Counted from the first letter of the stretch, positions 20,359-29,300 are shown. The stretch: 64,000 nt of DNA from Aulosira sp. ZfuVER01 (GCA_034530615.2 JAVRCV020000065.1:64001-128000); one strand, 5' to 3'. Made by a program: numbers and translations. The notes: generated from the letters alone by a model not told the origin.

Positions 20359-21081
20359 ATGCGTAGAAGAACAAGAAGTTTACCGATGAATGATACTTTT
20401 AGCATCTGGACTTCTTTTACAGACTTAATGTCTAATGCTTTTATGATTATTACCTTGCTTTTATTATTAGTAATAGCTAGAAATTCCAAAAGTAATAATT
20501 CTCAGATATCAACTGGTGTAGATGATAAACCAACAATCATTGAATTGCCAGCAGAAAAATATAATTTTGATTCAGGTAGTGCAGTTTTACCGAATAATTT
20601 GAAAAATGATATTAGTCAGAATGGTAAAAATGGCATAATTTTAAAAGAAATTGAAAATAATATAAATAAAATTGAAAGTAGTAATAAAAAAGTTGATGTT
20701 ATAGAAGTTATTGGACATACCGACGGTGAAGAGGTTGGTTATTTAAAGTGTAGTAATCAAAGGGGTGGTAATTTAGATACAAAGCTAGAAGAAGTCGCTA
20801 CTCGTAATAAAGATGTTTCTATTCTTTGTCCAGGTTCTAATGCTGATTTAGGTTTAATGCGCGCCTTAGCAGTAGTTAAAGAACTGCAAAATGTGCAACG
20901 TCAAAAAAAATCAGGACTTTTCAAACGGCTAAAGTTTCGAGCCTATTCTGCGGCGCAACTACTTCTACCAGATGATCAAGGATTTGCGCCACCAAATAGA
21001 AGCAATAATCCCCAACGTCGGCGGATCGAAATTCGCTTCGCCCAACTGGGTCAGTATAAAACCCCAGGTAATAACCGCTAA
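20359..21081 (+). CDS. ZorB-like / MotB-OmpA-type protein
   Basis: WTSFTDLMS (conserved Asp) plus one TM, FDSGSA, IEVIGHTD, LGLMRALAV, RRRIEIRF OmpA-like motifs. Confidence 0.8.
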   Translation: MRRRTRSLPMNDTFSIWTSFTDLMSNAFMIITLLLLLVIARNSKSNNSQISTGVDDKPTIIELPAEKYNFDSGSAVLPNNLKNDISQNGKNGIILKEIENNINKIESSNKKVDVIEVIGHTDGEEVGYLKCSNQRGGNLDTKLEEVATRNKDVSILCPGSNADLGLMRALAVVKELQNVQRQKKSGLFKRLKFRAYSAAQLLLPDDQGFAPPNRSNNPQRRRIEIRFAQLGQYKTPGNNR

Positions 21082-21142
21082 TAATAATTAACCTTTGAAG
21101 CTACTTCAATTGGCTCCTGTAAAGTAAAAATATGAAATTATT

Positions 21143-21928
21143 TTACAACTGTTGTGATGTGTTAATAAAATATAATATTTCTTCTCGAGTGTAAGGAGGT
21201 TTACGCATATGAATCATAGCATGACAGTTAGGGCATACAGGACGTAAGTCTTTGATGGGATCAACTTCATATTCTTCTTTTATTTCTGATAGTGGCTTTA
21301 AGTGATGTATCTGTATAAAATCTTTACCGACATCACCATAAAATCTTGCAAAATTAAAGCCACAAATATAGCAACCTAAACCATGTGTAGCTAGGCATTT
21401 CTTACGTGCTTGAGAATTACGTTCATACGTATTAACCATAATTTGAGTAGTTGCACCCTCATAATATTTCTTTGGTTCAGTTACTTCTTCAGCAATCAAA
21501 AAAAGTTCTAACTTTCTTAAGTATCTAAAATTATTGAGAAACTGAGAGATATATTTTTTGGTTTTACCTTGACCGTACTTATATAAATAAAAACCCTCTT
21601 CTTTTTCTTTGATATGTAGCTTCCACTGATCACCATCAACAGTAGGGCAATCGCCCAACCAAAGTAATTCTTTAACAGGCAATACAAAAATTTTTTCGTC
21701 AGTGTCACAAATAAATAAAATAAATAAACCATCATCCTTAAACTTATCAAAATGTCCTTTGGTAATACCAAACCGAAATTCTTGCTTTGGCAAGCTCAAT
21801 TGTGAGTACCGAGGCATGACAAATTGATAATTCCATAACTTATAGATACTTCCACTTTCATGTTGATAATTCTGATCAAGCTCTCGTAAAACTTTTGTTT
21901 GATAGAATTCTGATCTTTCATTTCTCAT
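21143..21928 (-). CDS. HNH endonuclease, McrA-like
   Basis: YERNSQARKKCL, CYIC, IQIHHLKPLS, DLRPVCPNCHAMIH. Confidence 0.88.
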   Translation of the reverse strand: MRNERSEFYQTKVLRELDQNYQHESGSIYKLWNYQFVMPRYSQLSLPKQEFRFGITKGHFDKFKDDGLFILFICDTDEKIFVLPVKELLWLGDCPTVDGDQWKLHIKEKEEGFYLYKYGQGKTKKYISQFLNNFRYLRKLELFLIAEEVTEPKKYYEGATTQIMVNTYERNSQARKKCLATHGLGCYICGFNFARFYGDVGKDFIQIHHLKPLSEIKEEYEVDPIKDLRPVCPNCHAMIHMRKPPYTREEILYFINTSQQL

Positions 21929-22120
21929 ACATCAAGATGTGATATTAATTTTAGCTTTTATTGCATTATTATTGCAAATATAGCTCTATATAGCTACTGC
22001 TCATCTATCGCTCATTCTTAATTAAAATGATTCTCTGTATATGAGTATTACTGTTTTATAAATGATATTATAGGCAATTTATATGAAAGAAAAGGAAGTT
22101 AGTAATCAACTGGAAACAAA

Positions 22121-22156
22121 TTATTTAACTATTGTTTCTGTCCAGTAAACATTCAC
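22121..22156 (-). pseudogene. Truncated RelE/ParE-like toxin remnant
   Basis: GTG overlapping the upstream stop (GTGA) reads MNVYWTETIVK*, resembling a RelE/ParE N-terminus. Confidence 0.4.
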
Positions 22157-22344
22157 TCTGGTAGTCCAAATTTTTTCCGCACTTCTTGTACAGAAATTAC
22201 ATTACTAGCTTTGCTATCTTCAAACCCAGCTTCCACTGTTTGTCGTACATAAATTTGATACATCAAATCATCCCATGTGGAATTTTCTGGTAATCTGTCA
22301 ATTAATTTATGAGCTTCTTGTTTAATCTTGATATTTTTCATCAA
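22153..22344 (-). CDS. Small putative antitoxin (addiction-module type)
   Basis: KQEAHKLIDRLPENSTWDDLMYQIYVRQTVEAG..D...VISVQEVRKKF pattern of antitoxins that precede ParE/RelE toxins. Confidence 0.65.
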   Translation of the reverse strand: MMKNIKIKQEAHKLIDRLPENSTWDDLMYQIYVRQTVEAGFEDSKASNVISVQEVRKKFGLPE

Positions 22345-22473
22345 TAGTTAACCAAATACTATTCATACAGCTTTGGATATATTGTAGATGCAAAATAGAC
22401 GCGGCATTTCATCTCTACCTATCTTCTAGAAAGGAGGCTTCTGCACTTCTATTATTAACAAAAAATGATTCAA

Positions 22474-22558
22474 CGGAGAGGGGGAGATTCGAACTCCCGG
22501 AGGTTTTAGCCTCATCCGATTTCAAGTCGGACGCAATCGACCACTCTGCCACCTCTCC
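22474..22558 (-). tRNA. trnS-UGA: tRNA-Ser (anticodon UGA)
   Basis: Reverse complement GGAGAGGTGGCAGAGTGGTCGATTGCGTCCGAC-TTGAAA-TCGGATGAGGCTAAAACCTCCGGGAGTTCGAATCTCCCCCTCTCCG; long variable arm; no encoded CCA. Confidence 0.97.
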
Positions 22559-22647
22559 AGTAAACTGTCTAGCTTGTTGCTTACCTGCTAGGTAAACGCT
22601 TTCCTAAGTTAGCACAAAAGCAGACAGATAATACTATATCTCATCAT

Positions 22648-23577
22648 CTACGCAGATTGCACTACTGGACGCGATCGCTCGTAAAAAATTTCCTCTGATA
22701 CTATCTGGTAATCATTCCCTACCCAAACTAAAGAGACTTGTGACACCACACCCGCCTCTAGGGAGACTAGGGAAAAATTACGCTGCTTGTGACCGTGGGT
22801 TTCTACTATCCTGGGTACGCTAGCCGCATTCAAGTAAATTGTCCCTTCTGGGCTTTTCAGGACTGGCTTACGCAGCGTCTTCTTAGTATGTCGTAGGCTA
22901 TGGTGCATATGTCCAAATGTCACCAAAGGAATGGTTTTACCAGCGTTGAGAGCCTGGGAAATTGCTTCGCCAAAATCTGGATCGCCAAAATCGCCACCAA
23001 TGGGGAGCCAGTCTTTGCCACAAGGATCTTCTGGGCGATCGCCTAAGCCACTAGGCCCATTGTGCCCGAGAAAAATAATCGTGTCGTAGGCAGCACTTTT
23101 GACCGCAGCCATAATTCTATTTGCTGATTCTTCCAGATCCGTTACACCGTAACGTTCTTTGCAGATGTCAGCAAATCTCCATTCTGACCCGCCCCAACTA
23201 AAAGGACGACCGCCCACTACCGTTAAATTCCACTGGGGAAAATCTAGCTTGCTGTAACCAACATGGGCATCCCCCAATAAATCGAGTTGTTCCTGTACCC
23301 AGTCTTCCTTAGTGCGGTCGTAGGGACACTTTTTTCGTCCCCATTCTGTGGCAGTGTACCAGGCATCATGGTTGCCCATCACGGCTGCTTTGGGAATGTC
23401 AACAGAAGCGATCGCTCTTACCACTTCCACCGACTCATTGCCAAAATCCCCCACAAACAGGACTAAGTCCACACCCAAATGCTTGAGTGCAATACCATCT
23501 TCTTCTTCCCATTGGTCGTGAACATCGCCAACTACAGCTATTTTGAGGTTTGTTGATTGTGTTATCTCACTGGTCAT
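22648..23577 (-). CDS. devT: TIGR04168-type metallophosphoesterase (DevT-like)
   Basis: GDVHD, VGDFG, MGNHD, HNGP, GHMH metallophosphoesterase motifs; divergent from nadA. Confidence 0.75.
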   Translation of the reverse strand: MTSEITQSTNLKIAVVGDVHDQWEEEDGIALKHLGVDLVLFVGDFGNESVEVVRAIASVDIPKAAVMGNHDAWYTATEWGRKKCPYDRTKEDWVQEQLDLLGDAHVGYSKLDFPQWNLTVVGGRPFSWGGSEWRFADICKERYGVTDLEESANRIMAAVKSAAYDTIIFLGHNGPSGLGDRPEDPCGKDWLPIGGDFGDPDFGEAISQALNAGKTIPLVTFGHMHHSLRHTKKTLRKPVLKSPEGTIYLNAASVPRIVETHGHKQRNFSLVSLEAGVVSQVSLVWVGNDYQIVSEEIFYERSRPVVQSA

Positions 23578-23659
23578 GCCACTGTCCTTGCCGTCTACTC
23601 TTAGGATAGGCAACTCAGCAGGATTTGGACACAAATTGGCAACATCAAGCTTCTACGAT

Positions 23660-23703
23660 TTTTGGTAAAAACCACTATATTTTTTGGTAAAAACTACTAT
23701 AAT
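23660..23703 (+). promoter_or_regulatory. Two tandem NrtR-like operators overlapping a TATAAT -10 upstream of nadA
   Basis: TTTTGGTAAAAACCACTATA and TTTTGGTAAAAACTACTATA, 22 bp apart, both GT-N7-AC; TATAAT at 23698-23703. Confidence 0.7.
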
Positions 23704-23747
23704 TGAATCCACAGGTCAAATACTTGCAACCCTAAGCCACCCCTACT

Positions 23748-24722
23748 GTGTTTAACACTGCACTTGCTCAACGAGAAACCACTCATCCGAGTGTACTACC
23801 ACTGGATTTATTTGCCGCTATTGAGAGTCTCAAAAAAGAACTCAACGCGGTGATTTTAGCGCATTACTATCAAGAGCCAGATATCCAGGATATTGCAGAC
23901 TTTATTGGGGATTCATTACAACTAGCAAAAGCCGCAGCTAATACCAATGCAGATGCGATCGTCTTTGCTGGTGTTCACTTCATGGCAGAGACCGCAAAGA
24001 TACTCAATCCTGACAAATTGGTATTGTTACCAGATTTAAATGCTGGCTGTTCTTTAGCAGACAGTTGTCCGGCAGAGGCGTTTGCAGCCTTTAAAGCCGC
24101 CCATCCAGATCATCTCGTGGTTTCTTATATCAACTGCTCTGCCGATATTAAAGCCATGAGCGATATTATCTGCACCAGTTCCAATGCTGTGAAGATTGTG
24201 CAGCAAATACCAAAAGACCAGCCAATTATTTTTGCCCCCGATCGCAATTTGGGGCGCTACGTCATGGAACAAACCGGACGAGATTTGGTGCTGTGGGACG
24301 GTAGCTGCATTGTGCATGAAACCTTCTCGGAAAAGAAAATTGTCCTGTTAAAAATTGCCCATCCAGAAGCGGAGGCGATCGCCCACCCAGAATGCGAAAC
24401 TAGCATCTTGCGCCACGCTAACTATATCGGCTCTACAGCAGCTTTACTCACATATTGTCAAAACAGTTCTGCACAGGAATTTATTGTAGCTACAGAGCCA
24501 GGTATCATTCACCAAATGCAAAAACTAGCTCCCCACAAGCGGTTTATTCCTGCGCCACCAATCAATAATTGTAATTGCAATGAATGTCCCTTTATGCGGT
24601 TAAATACCTTAGAAAAAGTGTATTGGGCGATGAAAAATCGTACTCCTGAAATCACCATGTCTGAGGAGATACGGTTAGCTGCTTTGCGTCCAATGCAACG
24701 GATGTTGGAAATGAGCGTTTAG
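23748..24722 (+). CDS. nadA: Quinolinate synthase A
   Basis: [42 protein letters not shown]. Confidence 0.96.
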   Translation: MFNTALAQRETTHPSVLPLDLFAAIESLKKELNAVILAHYYQEPDIQDIADFIGDSLQLAKAAANTNADAIVFAGVHFMAETAKILNPDKLVLLPDLNAGCSLADSCPAEAFAAFKAAHPDHLVVSYINCSADIKAMSDIICTSSNAVKIVQQIPKDQPIIFAPDRNLGRYVMEQTGRDLVLWDGSCIVHETFSEKKIVLLKIAHPEAEAIAHPECETSILRHANYIGSTAALLTYCQNSSAQEFIVATEPGIIHQMQKLAPHKRFIPAPPINNCNCNECPFMRLNTLEKVYWAMKNRTPEITMSEEIRLAALRPMQRMLEMSV

Positions 24723-24736
24723 GTAAGTTTGATAGT

Positions 24737-24768
24737 TTGTAGAGACGCAAAAATTCGCGTCTCTACAA
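24737..24768. repeat. GTAG-type REP-like palindrome
   Basis: TTGTAGAGACGCAAAAATTCGCGTCTCTACAA; related copies at 29273-29300 and 61588-61613. Confidence 0.7.
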
Positions 24769-24888
24769 TTTAATCATCATTGTTTGAGTTTGCTTTATTT
24801 ACTTAGCTCAGTAAAATAGTAGTAGATTAAGTTGGTTTCTCAAAACAATATTTTTTAATCAAGTTAATCGTTAATGAGGGTAAAGTAA

Positions 24889-25305
24889 ATGATGGGCGCA
24901 GTGAGAGTGACAATCAGATTAAAAAATGCAGTTGATGAAGAATTAGTACGTCGCGGCTTACTAGCACCAAATTTACTCCGAGAATGTGAAGTTAAAGGAT
25001 TAGTAGATACAGGTGCAGTTTCTTTAGTAATTCCACTAGAGATGGTAGACCAACTGGGGGTAAGAATTTTAGGACAAAGAGTTGCGCAGTATGCAAATGG
25101 CAATCAAGAGAATATAGGTGTAACTGGCGCCATCATGATTGAATGTCAAGGACGTACAACAATTGATGAGGCGTTAGTTGTTGGTAATGAAGTATTAATT
25201 GGTCAGGTGATTTTAGAAAAATTGGATTTACTGGTGGATTGTAAAAATCAGATACTAATACCAAATCCGGCGAATCCTGATTATCCAGTAGCGATGATTA
25301 AATAA
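24889..25305 (+). CDS. Clan AA (retropepsin-like) aspartic protease
   Basis: GLVDTGA catalytic motif, YANG, VLIGQVILEKLDL. Confidence 0.85.
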   Translation: MMGAVRVTIRLKNAVDEELVRRGLLAPNLLRECEVKGLVDTGAVSLVIPLEMVDQLGVRILGQRVAQYANGNQENIGVTGAIMIECQGRTTIDEALVVGNEVLIGQVILEKLDLLVDCKNQILIPNPANPDYPVAMIK

Positions 25306-25308
25306 AGT

Positions 25309-25662
25309 TTAATCTAGGGTTTGTAGTAACTGCTTAATTTCTGCAAGTAATACAGTCGGTTCAAAAACTCGCTCTTTGGCTATTAAACTATCATAAATAT
25401 CTTCCCAAATTTCACCGTGTTCTTCCAAATCAAGTAAAACTGCGGTTTTTTTACCCTGTTCATCGATTAAAAATTGAACTGTCAACGGCATTTCTATCTC
25501 TTCTTCCACCGCTGTCCACAGTTCGCCATGTTCTTTTAAGTCAATTAATACAGCAGTATTGTTCCCAAGAAAATTCTTCAGAAATTGGACACCGGAAATT
25601 TGTGTTTCTAAGCCGGAAACTGCTTGATCCTGATTCTCGGTTAAATCCTGAGTAGGCTGCAT
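25309..25662 (-). CDS. Hypothetical protein with duplicated antitoxin-like module
   Basis: Two copies of VQFL.....G..TAVL.DL.EHGE.W. Confidence 0.7.
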   Translation of the reverse strand: MQPTQDLTENQDQAVSGLETQISGVQFLKNFLGNNTAVLIDLKEHGELWTAVEEEIEMPLTVQFLIDEQGKKTAVLLDLEEHGEIWEDIYDSLIAKERVFEPTVLLAEIKQLLQTLD

Positions 25663-25857
25663 ACTATCCTGCAAGTCAAAGATATTCTTAAAACCTATCG
25701 TATATCTGAAATTTGTTGCTTGATTCAGAAGAAAGCGATCGCCATTTTTTTTCTAATACTTTGTCCAGCTATAGCAATTTTCTCTGCGCTTTCTGCGCCT
25801 CTGTGGTTCGATTTTCATAGATGGGGAAATTTAATTCCCCATCTCTATATGATTCCA

Positions 25858-27063
25858 TTACTGACCCTTCTGAGCTTTTAATTTAGCCGCCTCACTAAAC
25901 TGCTTATATAGTTGAACACGGCTTTTCGCTTCTGGATAGCGGCTATGATTTGCTGGCACCTGACTCATTAAATCCGAAGCCTCTTGCCACTTAGCAGCTA
26001 AAGCCGACCATTGATCTGAAGTTGTGGCTGCTTTACCAGATACAGAACTTTGATTAGCAATCCGCACTGCGGCTGCAAATGGGTCATCCGCCAGGGTAGA
26101 AGTAGTTTTGGTTACAGGCGGTGGAGGAGATGCTTCTGGCTTGTTCGCTGCCGATTTAGAAGCTTCTGCATATTTTTTATAGAGTTGAATGCGGGTTTGA
26201 GCTTCTGGATAGCGGCTGTGGTTTGGTGATACCTTACTCATTAAATCGGAAGCTTGCTGCCATTTAGCCCCTAGTTCTAACCTCTGCTGTGAAGTTGTGG
26301 CTGTTTTACCCAATGCAGAAGCTTGATTAGCAATCCGCACTGCGGCTGCGAATGGGTCATTAGCTGTCTCTTCAATATTTTTATTAGCAGGAATTGAGGC
26401 TTGCAGTTTTACATCGGAAGATTTAAACGTTTCTGTGGAAATTGAGAGTTCCTGTTTACCATCTAACCATGTGTAAGCGCACCAAACCAGTAAAAGAAAG
26501 GGTAAGGATAAACCAGAGACTTTGAGCAGCCCGATTAGGAAGGAACGATTTGGTATATTTTTACTCAGCAGTCTATTTTGAATTTTGTTCCTATTTCTTC
26601 TTCTGAAAACTACAGCTCGCAAAGAATTAGGCTTAGGTAAGCTTACCTGAGCTAGTTCTGTCTTAGACTCTTTGAGCTTTTGAAAATCATCAATTAGTTG
26701 CTGAATAATACTCGGTTGAGGTAAGGTAATTTCCTCTGACCAAAGCAATTGATTATCGCGATCGCGGTAAATTTCCGTCAACCAAAGTAATTGTTGTTCG
26801 CGAACAATGCGACTGTTAATATTCACCCGTCGAATGTTCCGTGGTGCAATAGACTCCAGGATTTGCCTAATTTTTTGCACTATGGTAGATTGCTCTAGCT
26901 GCTCGACTGTAGGTGCCTCACAGAGAAGTTGTAGGACGCCATCAGAAAAAATCGCTCTGGTTCTAACACCAGATGCAACTAGTTTTTCGTTCAATATTTG
27001 AATGATCGCGGCAACGCTACCTTGGTGTGCTTGCCAAGCGATATCGTTTATTCGATCTGCCAT
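25858..27063 (-). CDS. Hypothetical single-pass membrane protein with two C-terminal helical repeats
   Basis: IAWQAHQGSVAAIIQILNEKL N-terminus, central TM, two DPFAAAVRIANQ..W..ASDLM repeats. Confidence 0.8.
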   Translation of the reverse strand: MADRINDIAWQAHQGSVAAIIQILNEKLVASGVRTRAIFSDGVLQLLCEAPTVEQLEQSTIVQKIRQILESIAPRNIRRVNINSRIVREQQLLWLTEIYRDRDNQLLWSEEITLPQPSIIQQLIDDFQKLKESKTELAQVSLPKPNSLRAVVFRRRNRNKIQNRLLSKNIPNRSFLIGLLKVSGLSLPFLLLVWCAYTWLDGKQELSISTETFKSSDVKLQASIPANKNIEETANDPFAAAVRIANQASALGKTATTSQQRLELGAKWQQASDLMSKVSPNHSRYPEAQTRIQLYKKYAEASKSAANKPEASPPPPVTKTTSTLADDPFAAAVRIANQSSVSGKAATTSDQWSALAAKWQEASDLMSQVPANHSRYPEAKSRVQLYKQFSEAAKLKAQKGQ

Positions 27064-27556
27064 TTGTAGTTTAGTGATAAATTTGCCACCCTGATTTGTT
27101 AACGTACTCATTATATTTATATAGGCTAGTATGTTTATGCCAAACTTCGCCTCGTTTTTGATTTTATGAGTAAAGCTACAAGGTTGACACATAAAATCTT
27201 AAAAATAAGGACGAAATTCTATCTTTAGACAGAAGTCTTAATCTGCATCAGTTAGTGTAGTCCTGATTTCAGGTAATTGTCCACTTGTTTATAATGGAAC
27301 ATTACCTGTTTGATTACATGATATTTGCTGCTTATCATACAGCGAAAAATTATTTTTTGGAGCGATCGCTATTTACGTAAATATACTATATTTTATGTTG
27401 TAAGTTAAATATTCTCAGAGTCAATACTGAGGGAGCGTAAATGTTCTTTCAATCGTTTTTTCTGTCCTCCGCTCCCTGTTTTCTACCGCTATAAATAAAT
27501 TCACAAATCCAATAGGAGTAGTGAAATTCCAAGGGTGGCAAACCCACCCCTAATAA

Positions 27557-28627
27557 CTACTTACGTTCTGGATGCCCTGTCTCTTCTACTGTATGAATAC
27601 CCATCTGGTTAATAGCAGCAATCATCTGATATAAGCGTCCTAAATCGCGTTGATTGAAGTACAAAACAAGACGGGGTAATCCAATTGTTTCATCTTGACC
27701 TTCTTGCGATAATGCCTGACTTTTTTCAATTTTTCCTTTAACAAGAATATCGCTAAAGTCAGCATTGAGTTTTTCTACCTCAGCAACAGATAAATCTGTC
27801 GTCAGGCGAATCACTAACTGATCGCCTACGTAGCGGCTAGAGTGATAAACCTGGTAAAACCGCGTGATAGCATTGCAAGCTACATCTAGATTATCTGTCA
27901 CTGTGTACAGGCTGGGGTCATCGGGGCTAACAAGACCTGTTTGCACTAGTTGCCGATCGATGTATGCACTCCAAGACCGCCAATAATCGCCACCAGGACG
28001 ATCGATTAAAACTAGAGGTACTGGGCCAAATTTACCAGTCTGACTCAATGTCATGCACTCAAAAGCTTCGTCTTGAGTGCCAAAACCGCCAGGAAACAAG
28101 GCTACCGCGTCACTTTCTTTTAAGAGAAATAGTTTGCGCGTGAAAAAATATTTGAAGTGAATCAGCTTAGAATCGCCCTCAATAAAAGGGTTCGCCTGTT
28201 GCTCAAATGGCAATTGGATGTTTAAGCCAAAAGAATTTTCTCTTCCCGCACCTTCGTGACCGGCTTGCATAATCCCACCACCGCCACCTGTCATCACCAT
28301 AAATCCCAACTGAGTAACGGCGCGAGCAAACTGCATTGCTATGTAATACTCTGGTGTTTCTGGCGCTAGGCGAGCCGAACCAAAAATAGTTACTTTCCGG
28401 ACGTGTCGGTAGGCATAAAAGAGTTGAAAACCCCGTTCCATATCTGCTAGAGCAGCCGACAATATCTTCCAATCGAGACGCTCGATGTCACTATCAGCTA
28501 GACGCACTATGGTAGCAAGTGCCTGTTTGATGTATTGCTGATTTTTTAACGTCGGTAAGCGATCGATTAATTCAGCGATATCCGCTTGTAGAGACTCTAA
28601 TGTATCAAACGACGCAGATGAAGTCAT
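27557..28627 (-). CDS. LOG family protein (Rossmann-like phosphoribohydrolase)
   Basis: VTIFGSAR, TGGGGGIM, FFTRK, PGGFGTQDE. Confidence 0.9.
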   Translation of the reverse strand: MTSSASFDTLESLQADIAELIDRLPTLKNQQYIKQALATIVRLADSDIERLDWKILSAALADMERGFQLFYAYRHVRKVTIFGSARLAPETPEYYIAMQFARAVTQLGFMVMTGGGGGIMQAGHEGAGRENSFGLNIQLPFEQQANPFIEGDSKLIHFKYFFTRKLFLLKESDAVALFPGGFGTQDEAFECMTLSQTGKFGPVPLVLIDRPGGDYWRSWSAYIDRQLVQTGLVSPDDPSLYTVTDNLDVACNAITRFYQVYHSSRYVGDQLVIRLTTDLSVAEVEKLNADFSDILVKGKIEKSQALSQEGQDETIGLPRLVLYFNQRDLGRLYQMIAAINQMGIHTVEETGHPERK

Positions 28628-28887
28628 GATAACTGCTGCCACAATGGCATTATATTTTATCTAATTTTGGGGTGCTATGTATCAACTGTTGCACCGTTAG
28701 TCAGTCGCTAACAGCTTTTCTATATTGACCGACTACGCGATCGCAATAAAAAGCACCTGTGGTTAATTATCAACCAAGGCGCTAGTACCGCTACTTACTT
28801 TAAGTAAAGACGTTTTACCTCTACGCGGAATGAGAAATTACCAAAGTTCCGACCAAAGCAAACCTCTACTCAGATTGCTCTCAAAAT

Positions 28888-29220
28888 TCAAAATTTAAAA
28901 AGCTTTTGTAGACTTGTAGCGGTGAAACAACACTGTTTTCGTAATGTCTGTGTCTGAATAACAAGAGTTTTTGTTAGTTCGTCCGCCAGACTTCTACTCT
29001 TTTGGAAAAGCCATAGGGTAGTTAGTGGTGTCGCCGCTGGTGACTGGTGTTGGTTTCTCTGCGGGCGATATTTAAAGACATTTCCCCATTCAGGTGACTG
29101 CAAACCTTTAGGGGATAGCAGAACCTGTTCGTCAGTCTTCAAAGGAAAATTCGCAGAGTTCGGGTATGAGACTTTATTTTTGCCAAGCTGTGTTAGGGAT
29201 GTCCCCAACAGATATAACAA
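28888..29220 (-). CDS. Possible small hypothetical protein between trxA and the LOG gene
   Basis: 110-codon ORF co-oriented with its neighbours and filling a long gap; TTG start, no recognised motif. Confidence 0.3.
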   Translation of the reverse strand: MLYLLGTSLTQLGKNKVSYPNSANFPLKTDEQVLLSPKGLQSPEWGNVFKYRPQRNQHQSPAATPLTTLWLFQKSRSLADELTKTLVIQTQTLRKQCCFTATSLQKLFKF

Positions 29221-29272
29221 AATTAATTTAGCAGCAGTAATCTAAAAAGATTTACCACTGTAAAAAGTTCTA

Positions 29273-29300
29273 TTGAGACGCGAAATTTCGCGCCTCTCAA
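29273..29300. repeat. REP-like palindrome
   Basis: TTGAGACGCGAAATTTCGCGCCTCTCAA, similar to 24737-24768. Confidence 0.6.

Noticed and set aside
18925..21081. Flagellar MotAB or ExbBD/TolQR interpretation
   Set aside because: No flagellar or TonB/Tol context, cyanobacteria lack flagella, and the long tail plus OmpA domain fit ZorAB better.
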